Assembly (NCBI GenBank): GCA_002104945.1 | Contig: MCFH01000025.1 | Span: 496,001-560,000, forward strand | Direction of reading: 5' to 3' | Source: Piromyces finnis finn | Taxonomy: Eukaryota; Fungi; Neocallimastigomycota | DNA: 64,000 nt | Part shown: positions 50,401-61,730 of the stretch, one piece after another | How the letters are laid out: each line of letters opens with the position of its first letter | Position numbering within the stretch: the stretch's first letter is position 1 | Program-made: the position numbers and the translations under genes | The notes under the pieces: model-generated | Seen by the model: only the letters and a program-made list of their open reading frames with translations | Database searches by the model: none | What the model was told of the DNA's origin: nothing

Positions 50401-51172
50401 GCATCCATTATAAAGACAATGCCCAAAATACTCAAAAATCTTTTTGATATTAAGAAAGATACACATCAATGATATCCACTTTCCCCAATTCTTCATAACC
50501 ATATTTTCGTGTTCCTTCTTGGTAGAACTTTAACTTATGATGAGCTACAAATCAATAGGACGGACAAGAATTATTGGAATGTACAGTTTTAAAGTTCATC
50601 CGTTTCATATTCCATAGATAAAGGGTCTCGCAGTTTTTTCTTACTATAAAAGTGTTATCAGGTAGGAAAGTATGGTATCGCACTATCCTACTTTTTTATA
50701 TTATTTCATTTAATTTACATGTAAGTGGCTAATCCCAACGTATAGTACAAATTTACAGAATTCATTATATTATTATACAACTTTAATAATTTTATTTTAT
50801 GTTTATATCTTTATATTAATAATTAATGAAGTCGACACAATAAACTATTTTTAAATAATAAATAAAATAAATTATTATACAAACAAAATTATAAAGTTTT
50901 ATATTAAATATATTAATATTGAAACGTTAAGATAAGGTTTTAGCCGAGTAATATCAAAAATTATCCCTTTCCTTTTCTTATAACCCATTTATAATAAATC
51001 CAAGAGTTTATATAATATTATTAATTATCAATTTCTTCAAACTTTATTTTATAACTTTTACCTTTTATAAAATTTAACCATTCCAATTTTCATAATATCA
51101 ATTGACTAATGTAACGCATAAATATTCAATTCTTAGTTTATTAAATAGTTAACAATTTCCGAATAATTACTA

Positions 51173-51386
51173 TTACACGAAAGAAATAATATTTTTTCTA
51201 TGAATATTTATTTCATTTTCCATTATATATTTTATAATTTCAAAATGACCAAATTCTGATGCAAGTATTAAGGCATTCTACCCCATAACTACTACTTCTA
51301 TTGTTAATGTTTGATCCTTGTTCTTTCAAATATTTTACAATTTCAAGGTTTCCTATAATTGTAGTTGTCATTAATGGGATATAGCC
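51173..51386 (-). pseudogene. Second ankyrin-repeat remnant (two repeats, one frameshift)
   Basis: GYIPLMTTTIIGNLEIVKYLKEQGSNIN, then after a frameshift NALILASEFGHFEIIKYIMENEINIH. Confidence 0.65.
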
Positions 51387-51476
51387 AATTTTTTTTTTTA
51401 AAAAAAATTATTAATTTTATTTTCTTTTAAAGAATTTTACTTATTCAAAATAACTTAATATTCTGGCTATTATTAA

Positions 51477-54400
51477 TTTTTTTTTTTTTTAACGGCTATT
51501 ATTAATTTAATTAAAATTATAATACATGCTATATAAGAAAATTAAAAATAAAAAAAAAATAAAATATTTTTAAATAAACACAAATGAATAAAAATTGGGT
51601 ATAATTTATTCTAGTAATTAAAGTAAGAAAGTCACTATTATGCTAAAGTACAATAATTGTATTTGACTTCCAATGGGACACCGAGCCAAAGATCAAAATT
51701 TTATCATGGAACAAAATTATGATCTCCATTGGTTGCGCTGGCCCTCCTGGCCTGTCTTACTGTTTCTTCAGCATTGACGCTCTTGGATGTTGCTTCAAAC
51801 CTTTTGAACATTGTCCATTGCTGGCCAATAGCAAAAGGCATGATTTTGGTTAGAAGTTCCGCGGTTACCGTCAAGAATGGTGTTCCTTCGTTAGTGCCAG
51901 ATTGAATCTGACACTTGCAAAGTTCTTTCCATTCCCTTGAATTGTAATTAATATTATTAAAACTTCTTCCCCCAAGAAGGAATTTAAATATTTTACTGCT
52001 GTCTCTACTGATATTAACATTTTCATTATTATTGATAGGGCTGTTGGAATTACGTTGACTGAAAAATTTTAATAGCTGGACTACGGAATCATAATGTTTA
52101 ATACGGATATCTCTAAATGTTGGACAATCTAATAACCAATACTTAATACTTTAAATACCACTCTTGCAACATGGACAGTAATTAGGACAAATGGGATCAA
52201 CAAATTTAGCAGCTTTGGCAACTCTAGCATCCAACTTGTATCCGCTTCTTGCTTTCAATAGCCAGTAGAAGCCATAGACAAACTCTGGGTATTCATAACA
52301 TAATTTGATAAAATCTTTATTTTCAATAAATTTATTATCATCATAATATTGCGCTTTGATTGAATTCCTTTTGAGATCTTTCCAATAAAAGTTTTTAACT
52401 GCTTTAATATCTCCGTGCTTCTTTAATTTTTTATCAAGTGTCCTACTTGATTTGCACCACGTGTATTTTCTAAATTTAGGAATGTAATTGACAAGGTGTA
52501 AGATAATACAATTTGAGTTTTTCCATTTGTTAAAACATCTAACCTGAGCTAATGCACATTTGACTGACAATGGAGGAATATTCAAATCTTTTGAGATAGA
52601 GTATAAAGATATAAACGATACAGCTTTATGAACTCAGGCAACCCATCGTATTCCTTTGTTAACATGCTTCTGAGCAATCCTAGACCTAGCTTTGTTGGAT
52701 CCAAGTAATGGTGCAAAGTATGAAACTCTGCTAATCACTTGTGAGTTAAGTACTAGTTTTTTGAAAGGAATAGGAATATTAGGATTTCTTAAGAATTTAC
52801 TGACTGAAAAAAGTCCTTTCAAAACTTTGCTATTAAGAGCTTTAATTACTGGTTTAAGGGACAAATTCTTATCAAATGGAACACCAAGATAAGTGTAGCA
52901 ATCAGTAGTTGGAATGGGTTGTCCTGCTAAGTAAAATGTTGGATCTCTCTTGTTCTGATTTTCTATTGATTCAGGACGAATCACCATCGTTGAACATTTC
53001 TGGATACCAAATTCCATTTCATTATACGAGGCTCATTCATTAACTCTTCTAAGCATCTTTTTTAAGCATCCTCTTGTTGGAGCACAAATAACTATATCAT
53101 CTGCAAAAAGTCCACCACAGCATCGAGTGTCACCTAAACTGACTCCTAGATCTTCGCACTCTTTAAATATATCATTAATAAAGAGATTAAAGAGAATAGG
53201 AGAAAGAGGGCAACCTTGACGGACTCCTTTCTTCACATCAAAAGATTTCGAGAATTGTCCATCTAATTTGACATTAGCCTTAGATGTTAAATATAAATTT
53301 TTGATAAATTGTAAACTCTTACCTCGGATTCCTAAACAATCTAATTTATGGAGAATATTACCGATTGGGACTGAATCGTATGCTTTCCTGAGATCTAAAA
53401 AGGCCAAATATGTCTCTTTATTATCCAATTGACGTCTACGGCATATTTCTTGGATTGAAATGAAAAGACTGATACTTTCTTCCTTTTTTCGAAAACCAAA
53501 TTGTTCAGGTCTAATGAAATTATTCTTTAGACCATATTCTGAGATTCTAGTGGTGACAATTTTGGAAATCAACTTAATACCATTATTGATAAGTGATATA
53601 CCTCGATAGTTATCACAATCTGTCAAATCTCCCTTCTTAGGAATAGAAACAATACTGGATTCATTCCATGAGTTGGGGAAATCTCCATCCCAAATACGGT
53701 TGAATAATTTAAGAATAAAATTTAAACCATGAGCATCATTATCTGAAGTAGTATTACCGGAAGAATTATTATCTGTAGCATTATTAGAATCATTACTTGA
53801 TGGAACTAATGCTTTGTAAAATTCAATTGGAATACCATCCGGACCTGATGCTTTATAATTTGGAATAGTGAGGATAGCTGACTTGACTTCATCAATACTA
53901 ATATCTTGGTTGATATCCCACTCATCAAGCATAGGAAGTGAAAAACGTTTATTCGTTGGTTCTTCATACCAATGCTCCAAATCAAGACTTACACCACTTG
54001 GGTCTGATGCAAGATTTTCGAAATGATCATGCCACACTTCTAGTTGTTCTTCCGTAGCAACAACTAATTCTCCATTTTTATTTTTAATTGGTTGAGCAAT
54101 AAAGAAAGAATCTTTTCCAATTTTTGCAGTTTTCTTGATCCATTTCCAGGCCTTCTTAGGATTATGACTCTTCATATACTCACATCCTGTTTTAATCCAA
54201 TGAAGATATTCTTGCTTCCTAAATTCATTACATCTTTTGTGGATGTAATCAATGAGCTTACGGTAGATTTTAATTCTTTTAATAAATTCATCTATATCAT
54301 AAATTCTTTCTTTTTTAAATCTCTTATACAACTTCATTTTGATTTTTTGAAGATTAAAAATTTGTTGTGAAATATGAAATGAAGACTTTATAACATTATT

Positions 54401-56017
54401 TGCTGAAGTAATACTGAGCTCGTCTGCAATTGAAAAAGCAGTTGAAGTAAACTCTTTGGAAAGTTCATCTGTAGAAACATTAGGATCGTTGAATTTTGCT
54501 GAAAGTATTTGGAATTTATTATAATTGAGAATAGATTCCTTTTCCTCAATACATTTTAATCTATTCCATTTTAGAATTTTTTTAGGAACATTAAAGTCAT
54601 TAGAAAAATCATCCATAGGAATAATTTTACCATTAATAAGAAGTGGCTTATGGTCTGATACAGGATAAAAATTATTTATAAATGATCCTGAGTGAATAAG
54701 ATCTTTCATCTTCGAATTGATAAGAGCATGGTCAATGTCGGAAGATTGATCACCTCGAGTCCAAGAGATAGTCGACCCTCTAAGCGGAAGAATTTCCCAA
54801 TCTCCTAATCCATTAGTTGATAACCAGTTGGATAATTTTACTTTAGACATATTAAAATCACCAACAAGAATCGATGGATGGGATGAATGAGTTTGTAACC
54901 ACAAGCGAACTTCTAACTTTGCATGATCAACATAGATGTTGTGATGACTATGAGGCATATAAACATTACCAATCGAGCATTTGAATCTATTCCAGAGACT
55001 AAAAGTATAAATAGAAATAATATACTTTCCAGAGAAGTTTTCAAGTGAGGCTTGACATGAATTGTGAAAACCTAAATATAAACCTCTCATTCCCGGAACT
55101 GATTCGTCAGCTTTCTTGAAAAAGTGTCTATAGTTTCGCAAAGTAACACGACAAGGATAATCTGTATTCGATCCAGAACCATTACCAGTTTCTTGGAAAC
55201 ATAAAAATAATGGTTTGAAAATAGCTGTGAAATAGCTAATACTATCTCTCTTTTCGTGATTCCACCCATTGGTGTTCCAACTAAGACAAAAAGAAAAGTT
55301 ATCAGGCTTGTTGGATGAGGAAGAATCGTTGCTATTATTATTATTATTAAAGTCATCGTTATTAATGGATGATGCATCAGAGGAATAAGTAGAACTATTA
55401 CTAGATGGCTGTGAAACTGAAGAACTATCAACTATTGAACTGTTATCAGAGTTGATAGAGCTATTAGAATTAATTGTTGAATGTTGAGATTGAAATTGTG
55501 TTTGCTGTAGATCTGGAATATTTTCATGATGGGAAACTTGTTGAAGATCTTGTTGAAGATCTTGTTGAAGATCTAGTTGAAGATCGGATTGTTGATGAGA
55601 TTGTTGAACTGATTGTTGAAATGATTGTTGAATAGAATGTTGATGTTTATTAGAAACTAAAATTTTACGTTTGAGAGTGGAAAAAGTGTATTTGTGATTC
55701 CTTCTACTACGAGCTGAAAAGGAAATTGAGGTAACTGAAAGTTTCTTCTTTAACATGTGTAAGATTTTAATACAATCTTTTGATGAACCATGAACCTTGA
55801 CTAAGAAAAAGTGATCATTGAAAGTCTGAAAATATTTAACACTAATAACTGAATTAAATTTATCTTCTAGAATAACCTCGAGTTTTTCCCATAGCATATT
55901 TACTGACCATGATCGAATACCACGGATAAAGAAGGAGCGAATATCATCTAAGGGGATACCATAAGACCGGGTACCACGTCTGATATAATTCTTGTCTTTA
56001 ATATAAAGGACTGACAT
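51477..56017 (-). mobile_element. Non-LTR retrotransposon copy A (APE endonuclease-RT-CCHC, single long ORF), probably near full length; the 5' leader may extend to 56789
   Basis: Poly(A) tail (T14 at 51477-51490); SWNTNG...CFQET, VGDFN, SDIDHAL and SDHKPL (APE); GPDGIP, YRGISL, AFLDLRKAYDSV, GVRQGCPLSPILF, FADD and YTYLGV (RT); CPCC...WLLDC (knuckle). Confidence 0.95.
51704..56017 (-). pseudogene. ORF of copy A, interrupted by three in-frame stops
   Basis: TGA at 53033-53035 (TGG in copy B), TGA at 52634-52636 (GGA in copy B), and TAA at 52151-52153 (shared with copy B). The frame stays open for 148 more codons to TGA at 51704-51706. Confidence 0.85.
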
Positions 56018-56613
56018 GATAATAAATTCTAATTAAAAATATTGAATATAAAATAAATACTAATAAAAATTATAAATATAACGTATATGGAAAAAAAATC
56101 TGTCTCTCTCTCTCTTCTTAAAAGTACTGGATAGTACAAAAATTGTTACGATGCTTTGTTTAAAGTTTCTTTTTTTGAATTCTAGTTGTAAATTTTCTTT
56201 AAAAATTCTAGTTTTGGTTTGTTGTTAGTAAATTCGAATCGCTTTTTGACACTAAACTTGTTTGACTTTACTTTTCATTAAATATTTAAATTGGTAAAAA
56301 ATTTGAATCAAGAATGTCGACACCAGAAAGCTTGTGAATAGTATTTTTACATGATGTAGAGTGAATCAGTCTCTTACAAGAAACAATACAACAATAGCTA
56401 CATGAATATAAAAATACAATGCAAATGCTAAAGTTGACTACATTGGATTCTTACAAGAGAAGAGTAGTACTACATGAATACATGAATAAAAGAAAAAATA
56501 CAGCAACAAAATGTATTACTCTTCTAATTAAATACTATACAAACTTACCTGAATATCAAACATTCAACTTATTCATCAAATACTTAATTCGATGAATAAA
56601 ATGTTTTTTAATC

Positions 56614-56786
56614 GCTCAGTACCATGAGCTTAGTCCTAATAATTTTCCCTTAAAGACTAACCAAGCATCCATTGCGCAATGCTTGGATTTAATTCTTTCT
56701 ACTCTCTCAGTACCATGAGCATGAGTAGACCCCCTTGATAAACTCCATTATTAAATAAATGAAGGCACGTTCCTAAGAGGGCACCA

Positions 56787-56789
<3 letters not shown>
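56614..56789. other. GC-richer multi-hairpin cassette between the poly(A) of copy B and the leader of copy A
   Basis: CTCAGTACCATGAGC occurs twice (56615-56629 and 56706-56720). Stems: GCTCA/TGAGC, TTAGTC/GACTAA (56630/56655), CCAAGCAT/ATGCTTGG (56661/56679) and TCTACTC/GAGTAGA (56698/56723). The palindrome CATTGCGCAATG is also present. Confidence 0.6.
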
Positions 56790-56823
<34 letters not shown>

Positions 56824-59800
56824 GGCATCAAATATTTTAAACTTTATTATTAATTTAATTAAAATTATAATACATGTAATAAAAAATTAAAAATAAATAA
56901 AAATAAAAAAAAAAATATGTTTAAATAAACACAAATGAATAAAAATTGGGTATAATGTATTCTAGTAATTTTAATTAAAGTAAGAAAGCCACTATCATAC
57001 TAAAGTATAATAATTGTATTTGACTTCCAATGGGACACCGAGCCAAAGATCAAAATTTTGTCATGGAACAAAATTATGATCTCCATTGGTTGCGCTGGCC
57101 CTCCTGGCCTGTCTTACTGTTTCTTCAGCATTGACGCTCTTGGATGTTGCTTCAAACCTTTTGAACATTGTCCATTGCTGGCCAATAGCAAAAGGCATGA
57201 TTTTGGTTAGAAGTTCCGCGGTTACCGTCAAGAATGGTGTTCCTTCGTTAGTGCCAGATTGAATCTGACACTTGCAAAGTTCTTTCCATTCCCTTGAATT
57301 GTAATTAATATTATTAAAACTTCTTCCCCCAAGAAGGAATTTAAATATTTTACTGCTGTCTCTACTGATATTAACATTTTCATTATTATTGATAGGGCTG
57401 TTGGAATTACGTTGACTGAAAAATTTTAATAGCTGGACTACGGAATCATAATGTTTAATACGGATATCTCTAAATGTTGGACAATCTAATAACCAATACT
57501 TAATACTTTAAATACCACTCTTGCAACATGGACAGTAATTAGGACAAATGGGATCAACAAATTTAGCAGCTTTGGCAACTCTAGCATCCAACTTGTATCC
57601 GCTTCTTGCTTTCAATAGCCAGTAGAAGCCATAGGCAAACTCTGGGTACTCATAACATAATTTAATAAAATCTTTAGTTTCAATAAATTTATTATCATCA
57701 TAATATTGCGCTTTGATTGAATTCCCTTTGAGATCTTTCCAATAAAAGTTTTTAACTGTTTTAACATCTCCATGTTTCTTTAATTTTTTATCAAGTGTCC
57801 TACTTGATTTGCACCACGTGTATTTTCTAAATTTAGGAATGTAATTGACAAGGTGTGAGATAATACAATTTGAGTTTTTCCATTTGTTAAAACATCTAAC
57901 CTGAGCTAACGCACATTTGGCTGACAATGGAGGAATATTCAAATCTTTTGAAATAGAGTATAAAGATATAAACGATACAGCTTTATGAACTCCGGCAACC
58001 CATCGTATTCCTTTGTTAACATGCTTCTGAGCAATCCTAGACCTAGCTTTGTTGGATCCAAGTAATGGTGCAAAGTATGAAACTCTGCTAATCACTTGTG
58101 AGTTAAGTACTAGTTTTTTGAAAGGAATAGGAATATTAGGATTTCTTAAGAATTTACTGACTGAGAAAAGCCCTTTCAAAACCTTGTTATTAAGAGCTTT
58201 AATTACTGGTTTAAGGGACAGATTCTTATCAAATGGAACACCAAGATAAGTATAACAATCAGTAGTTGGAATGGGTTGTCCTGCTAAGTAAAATGTTGGA
58301 TCTCTCTTGTTCTGATTTTCTATTGATTCAGGACGAATCACCATCGTTGAACATTTCTGGATACCAAATTCCATTTCATTATACAATGCCCATTCATTAA
58401 CTCTTCTAAGCATCTTTTTTAAGCATCCTCTTGTTGGAGCACAAATAACTATATCATCTGCAAAAAGTCCACCACAGCATCGAGTGTCACCTAAACTGAC
58501 TCCTAGATCTTCGCACTCTCTAAATATATCATTAATAAAGAGATTAAAGAGAATAGGAGAAAGTGGGCAACCTTGACGGACTCCTTTCTTCACATCAAAA
58601 GATTTCGAGAATTGTCCATCTAATTTGACATTAGCCTTAGATGTTAAATATAAATTTTTGATAAATTGTAGACTCTTACCTCGGATTCCTAAACAATCTA
58701 ATTTATGGAGAATATTACCGATTGGGACTGAATCGTATGCTTTCCTGAGATCTAAAAAGGCCAAATATGTCTCTTTATTATCTAATTGACGTCTACGGCA
58801 TATTTCTTGGATTGAGATGAAAAGACTGATACTTTCTTCCTTTTTTCGAAAACCAAATTGTTCAGGTCTAATGAAATTATTCTTTAAACCATATTCTGAG
58901 ATTCTAGTGGTGACAATTTTGGAAATCAACTTAATACCATTATTGATAAGTGATATACCTCGATAGTTATCACAATCTGTCAAATCTCCCTTCTTAGGAA
59001 TAGAAACAATACTGGATTCATTCCATGAGTTGGGGAAATCTCCATCCCAAATACGGTTGAATAATTTAAGAATAAAATTTAAACCATGAGCATCATTATC
59101 TGAAATAGTATTACCGGAAGAATTATTATCTGTAGCATTATTAGAATCATTACTTGATGGAACTAATGCTTTGTAAAATTCAATTGGAATACCATCCGGA
59201 CCTGATGCTTTATAATTTGGAATAGTGAGGATAGCTGACTTGACTTCATCAATACTAATATCTTGGTTGATATCCCACTCATCAAGCATAGGAAGTGAAA
59301 AACGTTTATTCGTTGGTTCTTCATACCAATGCTCCAAATCAAGACTTACACCACTTGGGTCTGATGCAAGATTTTCGAAATGATCATGCCACACTTCTAG
59401 TTGTTCTTCCGTAGCAACAACTAATTCTCCATTTTTATTTTTAATTGGTTGAGCAATAAAGAAAGAATCTTTTCCAATTTTTGCAGTTTTCTTGATCCAT
59501 TTCCAGGCCTTCTTAGGATTATGACTCTTCATATACTCACATCCTGTTTTAATCCAATGAAGATATTCTTGCTTCCTAAATTCATTACATCTTTTGTGGA
59601 TGTAATCAATGAGTTTACGGTAGATTTTAATTCTTTTAATAAATTCATCTATATCATAAATTCTTTCTTTTTTAAATCTCTTATACAACTTCATTTTGAT
59701 TTTTTGAAGATTAAAAATTTGTTGTGAAATATGAAATGAAGACTTTATAACATTATTTGCTGAAGTAATACTGAGCTCGTCTGCAATTGAAAAAGCAGTT

Positions 59801-61092
59801 GAAGTAAACTCTTTGGAAAGTTCATCTGTAGAAACATTAGGATCGTTGGATTTTGCTGAAAGTATTTGGAATTTATTATGACTGAGAATAGATTCCTTTT
59901 CCTCAATACATTTTAATCTATTCCATTTCAGAATTTTCTTAGGAACATTAAAGTCATTAGAAAAATCATCCATAGGAATAATTTTACCATTAATAAGAAG
60001 TGGCTTATGGTCTGATACAGGATAAAAATTATTTATAAATGATCCTGAGTGAATAAGATCTTTCATCTTCGAATTGATAAGAGCATGGTCAATGTCGGAA
60101 GATTGATCACCTCGAGTCCAAGAGATAGTCGACCCTCTAAGCGGAAGAATTTCCCAATCTCCTAATCCATTAGTTGATAACCAGTTGGATAATTTTACTT
60201 TAGACATATTAAAATCACCAACAAGAATCGATGGATGGGATGAATGAATTTGTAACCACAAGCGAACTTCTAACTTTGCATGATCAACATAGATGTTGTG
60301 ATGACTATGAGGCATATAAACATTTCCAATCGAGCATTTGAATCTATTCCAGAGACTAAAAGTATAAATAGAAATAATATACTTTCCAGAGAAGTTTTCA
60401 AGTGAGGCTTGACATGAATTGTGAAAACCTAAATATAAACCTCTCATTCCCGGAACTGATTCGTCAGCTTTCTTGAAAAAGTGTCTATAGTTTCGCAAAG
60501 TAACACGACAAGGATAATCTGTATTCGATCCAGAACCGTTACCAGTTTCTTGGAAACATAAGAATAATGGTTTGAAAATAGCTGTGAAATAGCTAATACT
60601 ATCTCTCTTTTCGTGATTCCACCCATTGGTGTTCCAACTAAGACAAAAAGAAAAGTTATCAGGCTTGTTGGATGAGGAAGAATCGTTGCTATTATTATTA
60701 TTATTAAAGTCATCGTTATTAATGGATGATGCATCAGAGGAATAAGTAGAACTATTACTAGATGGCTGTGAAACTGAAGAACTATCAACTATTGAACTGT
60801 TATCAGAGTTGATAGAGCTATTAGAATTAATTGTTGAATGTTGAGATTGAAATTGTGTTTGCTGTAGATCTGGAATATTTTCATGATGGGAAACTTGTTG
60901 AAGATCTTGTTGAAGATCTTGTTGAAGATCTAGTTGAAGATCGGATTGTTGATGAGATTGTTGAACTGATTGTTGAAATGATTGTTGAATAGAATGTTGA
61001 TGTTTACTAGAAACTAAAATTTTACGTTTGAGTGTGGAAAAAGTGTATTTGTGATTCCTTCTACTACGAGCTGAAAAGGAAATTGAGGTAAC
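56790..61092 (-). mobile_element. Non-LTR retrotransposon copy B, 5'-truncated; EN and RT are uninterrupted but there is no native start; shares the CCHC stop with copy A
   Basis: T31 at 56790-56820 followed by AACGGC, as in copy A. The sequence is collinear with A up to GAGGTAAC at 61092. The frame is open from 61092 to TAA at 57508-57510, then open again to TGA at 57061-57063. Confidence 0.95.
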
Positions 61093-61243
61093 AAGTCATT
61101 AGAAAAATCTTCCATAGGAATAATTTTACCATTAATAAGAAGTGGCTTATTGTCTGATACAGGATAAAAATTTTTCATAAATGATCCTGGGTGAATAAGA
61201 TCTTTCATCTTCGAATTGACAAGAGTATGGTCAATGTCGAAAG
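61093..61243 (-). mobile_element. 150-bp internal fragment C of a more diverged member of the same family (end of the endonuclease domain), fused to the 5' end of copy B
   Basis: Aligns to copy B at about 59951-60101 with about 8 mismatches in 150 nt (by eye). It is out of frame with B and has no poly(A). Confidence 0.88.
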
Positions 61244-61730
61244 TTCACTATTGCTAGTATTACTAATATTATTACTATTTATCACACAACAATAAACTCT
61301 TAAAATTTCTAATAAATTTTAGTATCCATTTTAAAACGAAAGTGTAATAATTTGCAATGTAAAAATCTTTTATATCCAAAAAACACATTTTAATTATTAT
61401 TACACTTTTAATAATTAATATTTTTAATATTATTTTATTTATATTTGTTTATTTTTACTTATTTTTTTTTATAAAAAAAAATAATTTATACAATTATTTA
61501 TTTAATTGTTTATTAAAGTTTATAATTTATATATTTTTATTATTTATTTTTATTGTAATAACATAAACATTTTAGTATCATTTATTACTATAATGCTTTG
61601 TTCTATAAAAAATCTATAATTATTATATTTTTATTTTCAATACTTTATAATAATGAGCAATATGATTAAATAAAATATGATTAATTATAAATTTCTTTTT
61701 TTATTATTTTCAATTAACATATTAGCTCAT

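Noticed and set aside
50420-50700. Plus-strand fragment reading HIFVFLLGRTL, similar to the LINE C-terminal FLLGG, plus a GTAGGA/TCCTAC hairpin
   Set aside because: Similarity is limited to a few residues and there is no poly(A) or TSD. It may be an old element but cannot be supported without a search.
56029-56149. Possible intron in the LINE leader (GTAACA...AATTAG just before the ATG)
   Set aside because: Splicing it gives no upstream in-frame ORF (TAA four codons upstream), and AT-rich GT..AG pairs are common by chance.
56690-56720. Hammerhead-like CTGA...GAAA on the minus strand of the hairpin cassette
   Set aside because: The core does not fit CUGANGA and the three-stem junction cannot be built. 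An HDV-like P1 partner was not found either.
56614-56720. CRISPR-like reading of the two 15-nt direct repeats
   Set aside because: Only two short repeats, eukaryotic context and no cas genes.
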